A stretch of 63,928 nt of DNA, filler included, from Atractiella rhizophila (Eukaryota), in the NCBI GenBank assembly GCA_021432655.1. It is 3 parts of 3 records of this genome, joined end to end, with 100 filler letters (N's around TTAATTAATTAA, not from the genome) between each part and the next. Parts side by side here need not be neighbours in the genome. Positions count along the whole stretch, not along the records: positions 25,565 to 53,124 come from MU271744.1; 2 more parts are not named here. One strand, given 5' to 3'. Each line of letters begins with the position of its first letter. Positions within the stretch are counted from its first letter, which is position 1. The notes under the pieces are model-generated. The model saw only the letters and a program-made list of their open reading frames with translations. It did no database searches and was not told the origin of the DNA. Below are positions 25,565 through 38,594 of this stretch, piece by piece. The translations under genes were made by a program, and so were the position numbers.

Positions 25565-25973
25565 CTTTCGTTCGTCCACGATGTCATCCCATCCAGGACC
25601 ACACATCCCGACTACTACACCGACGATCAGCTCCACCTCAACTTTCCCGCTCTGAAGAAACTGTCAGTGCGTGCGACGTGGGCCAAGAAACGATTCGACA
25701 TGCTCTGTGTTTTGGTGCGCGATGTCGAAATGCGGCGGTTGGACAAACTCGAGAACGTCGAGTTGCGGTTAAGCGATGTACGTCTCTCCTCCGCTGCAAA
25801 TCAGTGAGAAGTTGAGGAGTTGGTAGTATGAGTTCAAGCTGGTATCGTGGAGACGCAATGATTTGGTGAACAGGCTCAAGAAAGCTGGTTTGACCGTGGT
25901 TGTTTGCAACGACGATATGCACGATGAGTCTAGTAGATGGAACGCTTGGAAAGAAGATGTTCTTCGAAATTGA
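25565..25973 (+). CDS. 3' end of an unknown gene (LRR-like, possibly F-box/LRR family); decayed paralogue at about 30490-30780
   Basis: LNFPALKKLSV..LDKLENVELRLSD, intron 25778-25826 (GTACGT..GGTAG), then YEFKLVSW..KEDVLRN*. Confidence 0.45.
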
Positions 25974-26966
25974 AGCTGTCAGTGTGTGCAAGAACATTTT
26001 TCTTGAATTGTTCAACACAACGATTCAACAGTTTCTCGCTCCAAAAGCTGCACTGTACCGACTCTCCTATCAACCAGCTACGAACCTCCAAGCTTCCACA
26101 GGCCTGCAGGTCCCGCCGTTCAATTTCGATTTCATCGTCACCTTCCAAAGGTAGCATTGTTCCAACCGATACGCGAACAAATTCAAGTTAGCTCTACTTT
26201 TACAGTTCATATATCCCAGCAGTACCTGAATTCTTCCTCCCAGCCATCCCACCTCCTAGGATAAATATCGACGACTACTCGGCTCCTAAAGTTGCCCCAG
26301 GTTGTTAACTCCCTCAACCAATCCTGCCTGCCGTCCAAGGGCTTGCCAGACGCGGATTTATTTTTGCTGATGGATAATATCCTTATATGTCATTGAATCC
26401 AAAAGATTTGAACGGAGCTCGAGTCTTCAATGAATGAATAAAATTCCATGCGCCACTGGTTGATTATAATACTAGCTTATTCCAGTTGTTAGCCCGTACC
26501 GCGAAGAAACATCGTGCTGTACGTGCCGGATTCATATTGCGCAACCGCAAGGCAATTCTCATTGCAAGAAAGCATACGGAAAGAAAGGATTGAGGACGGC
26601 GCAATCTTGCATTGCAAGGGAGAGTGCGATGCACAGAGCTAATGCCAGATTGAAAGCGAAGACAGAACCAGCGACTGAAGAAACGATGAATTAAATAAAG
26701 CAACCTGCTGCAAATATTCAGGAGGTAACAACTAAGAAACGGAGCAAACATTAATGGCCGTGCTGGTTCGATAGACAACAAGTGGGAGAAGGAAAATTAT
26801 AAGGGCTCATCATCCTTTACTTCCCACCTCATTCAGGTCAACTGTTCATTGTACGGAAGTCCAACATTAGCGGCAGTCACGTAGTCGGATCCTGATTCAC
26901 CTGATCCTGTTTGAATCTGGATCCTAAACCACATCGGAGTTCAGCTAGTAGCGGGTTCGGCAGTGG

Positions 26967-27182
26967 CTAGTTACTCGACATCAGATGAGCAGAAGTTGAA
27001 GCAGCGGACCTACGGTTGTTGTGGGCAGTCCCATTCATTGCCGCTTGAAATGCCATGGCAAGTGGACTTCCTGGGATGTAGGTGAGAGAATGCTGAAAGG
27101 CTTGAACTACTTCTTCCGGAGAAAGCAGAGAAAGCAGATTGGCTGGACTGATGTCACGGCCTGTCGATAGTCCTTCATCCAT
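26967..27182 (-). CDS. Small orphan ORF (family D), paralogous to 37012-37395
   Basis: VVQAFQHSLTYIPGSPLAMAFQA matches LAQILQLSLTYAVGTPIATAVRA, and the flanks are homologous (26690-26740 vs 36830-36880). Exon structure is unresolved. Confidence 0.4.
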   Translation of the reverse strand: MDEGLSTGRDISPANLLSLLSPEEVVQAFQHSLTYIPGSPLAMAFQAAMNGTAHNNRRSAASTSAHLMSSN

Positions 27183-27502
27183 GAACGAAACAACCGTCGT
27201 GTAGGATAGCTATGAGAGATCGTGATGACAGATGCCTCACGTTCGGAGATGGTGAGCTTCTATTCAGGAAGTGGTCAGCCTCTCAACAAGGGTCGTGATT
27301 TTTACACTGTGAGTATCTTCCAGCACCAACGAGAGACTAAGAAGTGGGATAACTTCTTTTGAAATTGAGACAATGGTATCGTAAAATGACACAAGCCGAG
27401 CAACTGTGAAGAACTGCTGGATAATAGTGTATGTGAAAGACTGAAGTTTACGATAAGTGATGTCAATGGAATTAGATTTTGCGATTTACGGAAAGGGGGA
27501 AG

Positions 27503-27596
27503 TGGTTTATGAGTAGATTGGTTTTATGAGTGGATTGGTTTTATGAGTGGATTGGTTTTATGAGTGGATTGGTTTTATGAGTGGGTTGGTTTTATA
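27503..27596. repeat. 17-bp minisatellite (GATTGGTTTTATGAGTG), about 5 copies
   Basis: Period-17 head-to-tail units start at 27516, 27533, 27550 and 27567, with degenerate flanking copies. Confidence 0.9.
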
Positions 27597-28589
27597 GACC
27601 ATTATCACGACGAGTGGGACGTCACAGACGTGAGTCGCGTCTCACAAGTCTCACGTTTGTATGTGCTTAGACGTGCCTTGCGGCCTGTTCGTTCAACATT
27701 CAACATTCAACGCTCAACGTCCAGCTCGGACGTTCAAGATGAGTAATAAACGAGTAAACCACTTGACACTTGGACTATTTGAGTTCTGTTCTCACGGCCA
27801 CTGGCAGTATTCAAGTTGTCCGTCTGTACCATTGGCTGGTCAATCAATCTCTTCTCTCCCAAATTGCGATGCATAGAGAATACCAGATTAGCTAATACTA
27901 CACCCTGCCAGCTCTTTCACATAGTGCCTAACTTTCAATTCGACAGCTTGTACTAACTTTGAGTAATGAGGCTACAAGCTTGAAGTCTTCAACTGTCAAA
28001 GTCTCCCAGAATAATTAAAGATATGGACACTCATTCTATTACAACTTTTGATACTATGTCGAAAGGAAGCCAACGAAAGCCCTGTGGGTAAAACTTTGAT
28101 AAACCGCACTTTGTGTAGATAAAATTGTAGGCCAAGCAAATTTGACATTAAACGGTGAGAGTCAAGTCAACACGAAATGACAGATACTGAATGTCTTCAG
28201 TGAGTTCCACAACTAGAGAACCCAAACAAAAGCTCTCGAAATCGAACGAGAAGACACATACACAGAGCCATCCGAGAGGAGAGAGACAGGCCGAAACGAT
28301 CGTAGGGAGAAAAGACATAAGGCAGCCGAAACATGAACATCGATGACAACACGAAACCAACGCACGAACGAAAGTTGAAAGTGCAAAGTCTCAGTTGGAT
28401 GCCACATTGATGAATGATGGTTGAGCGTCGAAAGAAGACTGCGAGAGTGATGCACAGGATGGCTAGTCGTGGAAATCGCTGTAGAACCCGAACCAGTTAT
28501 TTTTTGAGCCTTGATACGCAATAATTATCTTTTTATGATTTTCGGAGTTTGGTCAAAGCTGGAACTGTGGATTCTGTGATGACCATGAT

Positions 28590-28968
28590 TCAAGCACGGT
28601 GGAACTGTCCAACTCCTTTCGATGCAAGTATATAAGGACCGGAGGAAGTGACATTACAAATGGCATTACCATTGTTCCTTTCCGCCAGGGCTGCATTGAA
28701 CGCCGTCCCCAAAGCGCTCAACGCTTGCGCTGAAGGTCCTCCAGGATCAGGGGAGGTGGTGTATTCGAATAGCCAAACCAATTCCTCCCTCGAGAAGCCG
28801 GCGACGATGCCGGCAAGCGTTTGTGCTGATCCGGAACTGAGTGGTCTGCCTCAGATTTGAAATCATTCACTTACGCGGCGCGATCTCGACGTTACGCCCA
28901 CTTTCAGACAGAACTTGACCTCCTCGGAATTGTCTTCTAGACTCGTGTCTGGAACAAGGCGTTGACAT
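28590..28968 (-). pseudogene. Orphan module A, left gene (family L), frameshifted
   Basis: MSTPCSRHESRRQFRGGQVLSE.. hits a stop. The family core FSREELVWLFEYTTSPDPGGPSAQALSALGTAFNAA is in another frame. Confidence 0.6.
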
Positions 28969-29488
28969 CGTACGTGGTTTGGAGACTTAGACTGGGATAT
29001 CTCGTAGCTTTGGCTTATCAAGGTGGTGGACTGAGTAACAAGGCGTGCGGAAGACTCAGTCAAAAACACGGCCTATAAGTATACACATGAAGGCTGTGCC
29101 CTCCTGCCGACGAGGAACCTGAATTGACTGGGTGAATTGAAAAGGAACGAGAAGAACGTAAACAATAATCCGTTGATCGAGGTTCTGAGACTTTACGTCT
29201 GAGGCGTCTAAGACGAGTTGAACGCTCTCCCAGTTACGTATTTTTGTGCCAGTGTGTCATCGTTCGTGCGCCGAGTACGGGGCTCGTGGATAAGACATGG
29301 GAATCCTCTAAGTTAGAGCGCAATGCTCAGCTTGAGCGCTTCCACGTTGCCATGAAACGTCCCCGACGTGCTGGAAAACGTCCTAGACGAATGTTAGGTT
29401 ACGAGAGTAGACATAAAAAGCTCCAGAAGTTATCCGAACGTCTCAAAGACAAAGTGGACACAACTTCCTTGGCTAATATTGTCCCATA

Positions 29489-30116
29489 ATGCCGACGCCA
29501 TTCCAGTCACCTACAACAAGAAGATTAACTGCTAGAGGGAAATCTGCAAGTTTTTCTCTATCCCTCAACTAGGCCTAACGAGAGTACAGTTTGTGCACAA
29601 AATCAAGGGAACATTTTGGGTGAACGGCATACTATTTATAGGCAAGAAGGAGGAACGACCAAAGGTTCACATCTGTCAGAGCTATAGGCATTCATCGACG
29701 TGTCATTCTGTCGAGAATGAAAACAACAGCCCGACGTCATCGCTGGCAGAGTCCTCCCTCTTCACCTCATCCAAAAGCTCAACCCCTTCTCCAACAATCT
29801 CATCCCCAGCGGTGCTTCGTCACCAAACCACAGCTGCAGAAAGTGAAGTGGACAATGCGATCGCTGAAAGCGAAATCCCGGTTGCACGTAATTTGCGAGT
29901 CGATAGCTTGGGAATTTATGTCGAAATCGAGAATACAGAGCACTTTTTTACCTGGGACCAGTTCGAACAATTTTTGCTAGACGAAAGAAATACTGCGCAT
30001 CTCCCACCCGACGACGTTGTACGGCGGACCGCTGACATTCTGCGAGGTGATTCTCTCCTCCCTACGATGTAATGTCACTGACAAAAGAAGCAGAGAACAA
30101 GAAAGTTCAACAGTAA
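29489..30116 (+). CDS. Orphan module A, right gene (family R), 3 exons
   Basis: Exon 29489-29545, GC-AG intron to 29589, exon to 30047, intron to 30093, then ..LRENKKVQQ*. Carries the conserved PVARNLRVD..GIYVEIE..EHFFTWDQFEQFLLD..HLPPDDVVRRTADILR domain. Confidence 0.75.
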
Positions 30117-31665
30117 CATGAATGTGTCGCAAAATCTAAAGTATTACCTGATTTTCCAAGACAATCCAACAGTTCTGCAGTGTGGCCAGTCCTTCTGCAC
30201 GACTGTTGGTTCTTGTTGTTGCATTGCATTCTAACTAGTTCGAATTTGTTTATGCGTGCATCATCCACAAACACAGTTGTATATGTAGGGGGACAGATTG
30301 TTTCTTCGTCTCTTTGACTAGACTCAAACACTATATCAGTATTACAATGGGATTTTATAGAATATTGCAAAAGAAACAGGGAGATGAGTAGACAGTTGCT
30401 TCCATAAAAGCAGGTCAAGGACGTTACGCACTGCATGGTCTACTGCGTTGAGATAAATTTAAAGTAGCGCGCTGCTTCCACACTGGGAATGGAGCAACTC
30501 CTTGTCACTGCTCCGCTGTCTTCACTATTGGGCGTACTGGACACTCACCGTTGTCTATGATGCCGACGACCTGCTCCACTCCCATTTTCCCGCTCCGAAG
30601 AAACTGTCTGGGCGTGCGACGTGGGTGAAGAAACGATACATTTGTTACCACGTGCTCAGGGTTTTGGCGCGCGATGGAGGCTGAACAGCGTACATTTCTG
30701 CCTTAGCTGCAAATCAGTCAGAAACCAAGGATATTTCAGTGGTCGCAACAACTTTAGAGCTCGGAGGCGGACGTCAGCGGACGATGCATGAAGAAAAGAA
30801 GAAAAGACGGTGGTACCCATAGAGAGACAGCAGGGGAAAGGTTGTCAGAAAAGTTGGACAGTGATTACTATCGCAATCGAATGCATTCAATATTCAATCA
30901 TCCAGACACTTCGAGTTTAGGCGAATTTAGGCTTCAAGCGTCAAGCTTGTCAAGGGTCAGGTTGACCAGTTCTCACGAGTTTGCTGGACAGGTTTTCATG
31001 TCTTGAAACGTCCAAAATTTTACATGAACTGGAGTGCGCATTACGCTTCCAAACGTACCAACAATTCCGGACACAACCGACAGAGAGAGGCCATCCGTGT
31101 CCTGAAGGTAAAATTTTGACAGCCAAGCACTTGTCTGGGTGAAACGGGAAAGGATTTAACATTGTTAAAGGTGGTAGGTTGGGGTCAAATTGGATGCAGG
31201 GCACAGAATGTTGTCTCCTTCTGCAACTAGGGAAACCGAACAAGAAAAGGAATGAGAAGACATGCAGACAGAACCATCCGAGACGAGCGAGACAAGCCGA
31301 GACTGTAGTAACGATATCGAGTAGAGAGCAGCCAAAACACGAACGTGGAGGACTGACTAGTGGAGATGAATGCTATGTTCGCCAGTTGAGGTTGAAGGTT
31401 GAACATTGAACATTGAACGTCGCACCGTCGGATCAGAAAGGGAGGAATACAGACTGCAAAAAAAGTGGAGCAGGTGGTTAGTAGTAAAACGGGTATGCAG
31501 GTGAACTTACATGCTTTACGACATTGGTTTTAACTTTTTTTTGTTGTATTTTGAAAGTTTGTCACAGAAATTGATACCTCAGTCCTGATGGATTGAGCTT
31601 AAGGGTCGTGAATCTGCCCAATTCATTTTGAAAAAGTTATAAGAACTGATGGAAAAAGGAATAAC

Positions 31666-31989
31666 TCAGCACGCGCCAGAGGCCTTCTCTGCCGTCGCCC
31701 GATTAAAAGCCGCTCCCAAATCGCTCAAAGCTTGCGCCGAAGCGCCACTAGGATTGGATGAGGCAGCATATTCGAGGCACCTAGCCACCTCCCTCGCTGA
31801 GAACGTAGTGACAAGGTCGATGAGGCTTTGAGCTGATTCCCATGATGAGAAGTACATTTCCAACTCTTGGAACGACTCACGAGCTGTTGTGGAGGGATTA
31901 TTATTTGTGTTCCGCTCAGACAAGGCTTGACGTCCTCGAGCGCGACGTCTCCTGGTCTGTTTGCGGGAGTGAGAGCGAGAAGGGGCCAT
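31666..31989 (-). CDS. Orphan module B, left gene (family L)
   Basis: 107-aa ORF with a basic N-terminus RRRRARGRQALSERNTN and the core CLEYAASSNPSGASAQALSDLGAAFNRA. A short terminal exon is possible. Confidence 0.65.
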   Translation of the reverse strand: MAPSRSHSRKQTRRRRARGRQALSERNTNNNPSTTARESFQELEMYFSSWESAQSLIDLVTTFSAREVARCLEYAASSNPSGASAQALSDLGAAFNRATAEKASGAC

Positions 31990-32588
31990 ATCTGTTCAGT
32001 TTGAGGCGACGCCCCTCGACGAAAGTGTCAAATCTTTTGATCAAGAGGACGATTAGAGTGCGGTCTAGACGTAGTCTTCAAGGGTCTCTACTCCCGAAGT
32101 AGCGCGGGAAAAGCCAAAGCTGTGGTTGGTTGTCGAGGGAGTGACGTTGTGATCTAATGGGGCTCAGTATTTCGAAAGAGCTCTTAAATTTAGAAGACGA
32201 GAATAACAGAATTGTCGAAGTGATCGACAACGCCCCACACGTCGAAGACGACCTGAGCGCTCAACGTGTTTCCGTGTTCGTGCATAAAGGTGTCACCGTT
32301 CGTGCGTCCGGTACGCGCCGTGAAGGTTGGCCATTGAACGTCCTGCTTCCAATTACGATTCCTAGCCTCGGAATTCCCCGTTGGACGAGATTTGCAAGAC
32401 GCCTAACACGTCTTGGAAAGATTTGTTGAAGGAATTTGCTCACCCCCTTCGTTTGGTCCGCGTCTTAGATGAGTTCCAACTTGGGTATATAAGCAAGTTC
32501 GGGTCAAAGCTTGAAGTTCTCAGATTTTGAGGAATCAGCTTGCCGGTTTTTTCATAACCATTTATTGCACGTGACTCGATCATTTGGG

Positions 32589-33119
32589 ATGAATCCTTGG
32601 AAACATTCTGTGACTTTTAGTCGGAAAATATTAGTATGTTTATCTTCCACTTAACCAGGCTAACGAGTTGCAGATTGACTCCTACAAAATTGTCAAAAAC
32701 ACTGTTCGCATCCAAATCCCAAGTGCGAAGAAGCCAAGTGCGAAGAAGCCAACGGGGGATGGGCACTCGCCCACGCCTACAGCGGCTCCCACATCAGTTT
32801 CTCAGGACCCGACTGCGTCGTCCTCCAACTGCAATGTCAATCATGGCGATAATGGCGTTAGCGAAACGCCGGTTGCACGTAATCTGCGCGTTGACGAACG
32901 GGGGATTTATGTTGATATCGAGGGCCGAGAGCACTTTTTTACTTGGGATCAGTTCGAACAATTTTTGCTTGATCCAAGGAACACGGAGCATCTCCCTCCG
33001 GACGACGTGGTTCGTCGCACCGCCGACATTCTGCGAGGTAAAATTGCTCCTTCCCCTCTCCCTCTTGATAGGACTGTTGGCTGATGTATGGAGCAGAAAA
33101 TAAGAAAGCCAAGGCATGA
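32589..33119 (+). CDS. Orphan module B, right gene (family R), 3 exons
   Basis: MNPWKHSVTFSRKIL, intron 32634-32673, conserved C-terminal domain, intron ending 33096, then ..LRENKKAKA*. Confidence 0.75.
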
Positions 33120-33819
33120 GCAAAGGGGGTTTGTTTATCGGCACAGGGCTACACTACCGCCTCATCTCCATAAATGTCATATGTGTTGCGCGACTGTTAA
33201 GCTCCTGTGTACCTTCCATGCTTCAGATGGTCTACTGAAGTATGCATCGTCCTCGTGGGAATCTAGAATCCGAGTTTTGTTCGTCGTTAACGATATTAGA
33301 GTAAGTATGACGCATGAGACGACCCTTAGTTATCTCTTGACACTATGTCAAACTATTTTGAGCAGCATTCTTGTAATAAAGATGCGACGACGTCGTAATA
33401 TGAGAGTAAGAAGAAACAAGAAGAGAAACAGATGATGGAGTCAACAAGAATAGTGGGAGTTGACGAACGCCTCGTCTACAGGTATCGAAGACTACCACTA
33501 GCAGTTTGCGATTCATGGAATGGTAGCTGTCTAGAATAAAAGCAACGAATACGTTTTGCGAGCTGAGCTGCAGCAACCTAAAGCAGAGGATGTTGCAGCG
33601 AAGTACTCTACGATCAAGGCGACAGATCCGGGAACCATCAATTGATATCGAATCGACGGTTCTCATCTCCCTGACTTGAACGTAGTGTAGGAAATAGGTA
33701 TTGACCACCTACTTCCATGAAGCCTTCAACCTCAGCAGCACGCCATTACACCATTTCGACCTGTCACATAACTGCGTTGAGTGTCGACCGTTGAGAAAGT
33801 GAGTTGACAAGAGTTAGCT

Positions 33820-34740
33820 AGTTGGTCAAAGAAACTGTTCAGGATAACATTCGTTTTCTTTATATCCTTCTTCAACCTCGACCTCTCCATTCGTGAGGCA
33901 GTCATCACACCAGGAGACTCCTATACATCGATGGGGGATGCAGGAACTGAGGGAGAGGTCAGAGAGAAGGAAAGCCGTACCACCCTCTGCCCAACCTCCA
34001 ACCCAGAGCTGCGGTCGTAAAGTTATCTTCCCAGGCAATACTCTCAAACCCCAAGATTCTACTCCGACGTTATTCTCAGAGTCCACCTTCTTTACTTGGT
34101 GAAAGTGGTAACTGAACAACATACCTATCAGAGTGCGGACTTGCTTTTGAGCTAGTTTCTGGTCCATCCTTTTAATAGCTGAGCAACTGAGCATACATAG
34201 ACAAAATGAGGCGTACTCGTAGATGCATATCCACAATACTACACCGCCAAAGATCGTCTTGACAAAAGTGTACGACGCAGAGAGGCGCTTTTCTTCCTTC
34301 CGTCACTCCCGTCAGCAACGTTTACAGACCAGCGTAGGCGAGGAGCATATTACACAGATCGTTCCTTCACCTGTTTCTCCTCCTTCATCTCAAAACGCCG
34401 TCGATAACTCGACGACTCCTCTCCTTCACAGCTTCAGCTTCATCCGTCTCAGTCCACCCATGCTTTAAACCATTACATAACACACTCGTCAGACGTCTGG
34501 ATATGAAGTTAGTTTGAGGGAATAGTACCCACATCTCGATTCATTGCTCCCGAGACGACGCTCGAATTCTTCCACCATCATATGCATGCATATCATATGC
34601 TTCTTCACCTACTTCCTTCTCCTGCTCTTCTGGAGCCCATGGTCGTCCTTGAGTTGCGGCCGTGAGCATCACTTGATCGTTCGACATGCTTCGCGCGCAA
34701 TCAGCTATGGCATCTCCGTTAAATTGTGATTCCTAACCAT
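33820..34740 (-). pseudogene. Decayed phosducin-like (TXNDC9-type) gene copy
   Basis: Collinear with 44033-45010: LCVVHFCQDDLWRCSIVDMHL and KLAQKQVRTL, with deletions and frameshifts. Confidence 0.75.
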
Positions 34741-34869
34741 ATAGGTAATCATATCTTCTCTCAAGTTCTTACACACTCTCGAGTTTTGGACAGGCACCTG
34801 AACCTGGTCATCCTATCCTATCAGTTCTTGGCATGAATCATAAGACGCACTTTTGAGCCATCACACCTC

Positions 34870-36550
34870 CCTCACCATGCACAATATATTGAAATGTATT
34901 CTACCAGCATAACCCAAATTCTGGCCCCTTTCTGAACCTGCAAGGAAATTTTATTCTGCAAGGGTTTAAAAAATGTGTTTCGTCCTGGACTCGAACTGTG
35001 GGGTTCAAGGGGCCATGCCCCTTGCGAGTGGGTATAAACATCCGATCGGAACGTCTGAAGTGAAGCGTAGTTGCAGACTCTCACACCACTTCCTCCCAAC
35101 TGCACAATGCGAGGGACTAGAAGCAGCCGCCATGGCTAGTGTCATACAATAACATACCGCTACCACGTATGGCGAGACGTCACGCGTTCGACTCCGAACA
35201 CTGTGAAGAGTTTCCCTGGCTGGTGAGCCCAAACTTTGGATAGAGGAGGGTGGAGTGGTTTCTCGTGGGTCGTCAGGGGCTGAGAGGAGAGAGCGAAATA
35301 CATTCGTTACCTGTAAGCCCAAATTCTACTCTGACTTGAATGGGGATTGTGTGCCACGTCCGCTCCAGCTCGATTCTGGCTTCCTCATCCTCAAATGATG
35401 GCTTCGTGCATGCAGGGAATGAAATCTTGCGCACTTTCCTTAGTAGTATACACTTCTCCGCGCAACCATACAGTGATGTCTTTGGGACAGTTTTGCTGGA
35501 AGGAGTGTGCTAGCCAACGCAAGTCGTGCCGTTTCTCTGACTTCGTGGCAGATCCCTCTTCTATTTGGTGCATTGCAGCATTACCCGTCGGATGGTTTCA
35601 ATCATAGAATTCGTTTGGTTGTTTGGTTGTTTGGTTGTGGTTTGGGCACAAAGCACCTCCCTCCAACGGAGAGCGCGCACAGCATTCGTCGAGCGGGAGT
35701 TACCTCTGATTTGAATTTGTGCCATAGCAGCATCTCCAGAGTGCGAGTAAAGCGAGGGCCAGGATGGATCCTTGATTGACATGGGCCCGTTTCCCCTCGA
35801 GTCCCCCGCCTCTAAACTCTTGACGTTCTGCCGCTGATGGTGATTGGTGAGGGTTTTTGACCAAACTGTCTTCGAATTGAGGACCATCATTCATAATCAG
35901 TGCATACTTGTCAGCGACAAAAGGGGTGGAACTGAAGAGTTGTTCTTTTGTGCGCCGCTTTTGCCAGTTGATGGATGATTAAGTTTGGGAGCTTCATCCT
36001 CCCGTTGCGTGTGCACTTGACATGGAGCGCTGGCAGCGTACCATCAGGAAATCGGGAAAGAGTCCCACACCCATCGGTATGATGATCGTACTGGGTAGTG
36101 TTCTTGAGTTGCTGTTTTGTCTCAACAAACTTCTCGAAATTGAGATGGTCAATAATGACAGTCACATGAGTGAAACTTCCTCCTTGTAGTTCCCTAGGAG
36201 CGCGATGATGATAGCACCTTGTTGCGTTGTGGACTGGCTTGAGGCAAGGCGGAAAGCAAAATCAGCTACACCGGAGCTGCTGGTGGTAACAACACTGGTC
36301 ACTCGGAAGCTTCCGTGATCAAACCTCAGGCTCAGCTCCTTACCCTGGCGCAACTCTCTCGTCGTATCTTTTCACAATAGATACCGCGCTCCCGTATAGA
36401 CAGAAGATCCCACAGCGACGCTTGGTAATGTTGATACGGGACTGCAGCGAGTGGAATATGTACGGATTGTAGCCAAAATTGGGATTGCGATAGACAGAAG
36501 ACAGCAATAGTCATTAGTTAATCAGAGGGACCAGAACAACGTAGAGGACA
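34870..36550 (-). mobile_element. Possible highly decayed DNA-transposase remnant (pogo/DDE_1-like)
   Basis: A chain of broken minus-strand ORFs; PLEPHSS..FFKPLQ loosely resembles the LPPHSS..QPLD..F.PLK motif. No terminal repeats were found. Confidence 0.2.
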
Positions 36551-37011
36551 CTTTCTCATCATGCGATGTAAGCGCGACGGACGTGGACTGCATCGCTAAT
36601 AGTAAACTAAATACTTGACACTGAAGGGTTCTGTTAATCGTCCACTTAGAGAGTCTGAAGCTTAATAGCAATCCTTTTTAAGATACATCTGTAACGATGA
36701 CAGTGCGGTAGATACATATTTGGTGAAAACATCGATACGGTAATGCGTCTCGTTTTGCAAGCAAACTTGCGCAGATCTGCTGAATTTCAAACACAACAGC
36801 GCATCAAATGATGCTATGGATTGTGAAACAAAATTAAAAGCAACCTGCTTCCAAAATTCAAAAAGGCTACAGACAAGACTACTGATTTGATCGGTCTGAT
36901 CTCGTTAGAGAGTGAGGTTGGAAAGAAGGATCACGATGGAGGGGAGGAGAATATCATGGCTCAACATCTTTCTATCCATCCACGTAGTCAGCATTAGTCT
37001 TCTGTGCGAAT

Positions 37012-37395
37012 TTAAAGGATGGAGATAGTACCAACATTGGTCACACGTGTCGGGATCGGTCGGCAGATCACTGGGTGGTTTTGGGGTGTGAGTAGGGGGA
37101 AGAGGATCGTTGGCTGGCCCACGTCATTTAGAGTCGATATGCAAGGAGGTGAGGAAGACTCACCATTTTTGTTGGTGTCCTCGAGGATTAATGCCCGTAC
37201 GGCAGTGGCGATTGGCGTTCCAACGGCGTATGTGAGGGAAAGCTGAAGGATCTGGGCTAGAGGAAGTGACCCCATGATCGCATTGTCATCAGAGCCTCTG
37301 AGTCTGAACTGGCCGTTAATCGGTGTAGGAAACGTCCTTAAGTTCGGCCTAGTACCGTGACCTTGACCCATTCTGTCTGTTGAATATCCTGACAT
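37012..37395 (-). CDS. Small orphan ORF (family D), second copy
   Basis: Similar to 26967-27182; probable GTGAGT donor near 37163. Confidence 0.4.
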   Translation of the reverse strand: MSGYSTDRMGQGHGTRPNLRTFPTPINGQFRLRGSDDNAIMGSLPLAQILQLSLTYAVGTPIATAVRALILEDTNKNGESSSPPCISTLNDVGQPTILFPLLTPQNHPVICRPIPTRVTNVGTISIL

Positions 37396-38594
37396 GTCAT
37401 GTCAGTGCCTGAGACAAAGATGATCATAAGCGTCCTACCAAAATGAAATGGAGAGGCAGGCGAGATATTAGTCTTTTGCTTCCTGAAACTAAGATAAGGA
37501 TATCTTGACAATGCCTCGGTTGAAGCGGATGTGAGTGTTGTGAACGATGGTAATTAGCTAACTGATTGACTGAAGAGTGAACGTTTCAAAAGCTGGATTG
37601 ACTCCTAGTCCAATCCAAGAACAAAAAGAATTCGTAAAAAAGGCGTCTCTGTTGCAACGTCAGGGTTAGGGGGAAAAGGTGGATTCTTGAGTTAGTTATA
37701 AAGGGAGTGGTTTACGATACGGACGAGCGTGACGTCTCATGTAGCTCGTGCGTATCTCGTAGCTTACAAGAACGAGATCTTGTGAGTACCGAAATCCAGG
37801 TCTGTAACGAACGAAAGGAACTCGGCAAGCCGCTGTTACGATTTTGTTGCACCTAAGGTACACCCCATGGGACAACTGACTTTGTGACAATGAGAACTAT
37901 TTGCCTGCCACATGCCACAAGCTGCTCAAAATGATCAAAGTGCACATCCAGTTTACTTCGAAAAAAGGCCAACCTCCCAACTGGCTGAAACAGGCCACGC
38001 CACCTGATGTATTGGAACCTCTTTCAACGTCGAAGTGTTCGTCGGTTTACAGAAGATGGACGCCTAGTTTTGAGGCTACTCTGTGCTGTCATTCATAGCA
38101 TAAATGCAGCTGCATTAAGGTTCTAGGTACGCCTGACAAGAGCTATCAAATGTTTTGATTTCCACAACCTTTAACAGAAATCACTTATTGTGTTTAAATC
38201 CGCCTATGATGGAACATCAAAAATGGAGGATGCGGGACACCTTCTTGTTCCAGAACCACAGAAACTGAGCACTATTACAAGCGGAGCCTTGCGAGAAAAC
38301 GGGACAGGGAACAACGGCAACGATATGAAAAGCAGCGCAAAAATGACCACAACAGGTTGAGCAGGTGACGATCTGGTTGAGGAATGAAATTTGCCCTGAC
38401 GGGCGTCGAAACCAATCAGAAACAGGGAAATATAGTACAAGAAGGGATGCAGAGAGGGCTTTACAGTAATCCTAAAAGTGTGGAAAGCAATTGGACTCCA
38501 TCTTTTTTGACTCTGAGGTACATATTTTTCGATTTTTTTGCATGTCGAATTTTTGTCAAGAAAAACAGTCCTACACCATGACGTCTCAAGTTTT

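Noticed and set aside
29950..30047. FLLD..N..HLPPDDVVRRTADIL as an HD1/TALE homeodomain, making this a mating-type locus
   Set aside because: The resemblance to helices 1-2 is weak, there is no WFxNxR recognition helix, and the protein ends a few residues later.
35610..35645. (GTTTGGTT)n-like tract suggesting telomeric repeat
   Set aside because: Only about three units and not TTAGGG; simple low-complexity sequence.
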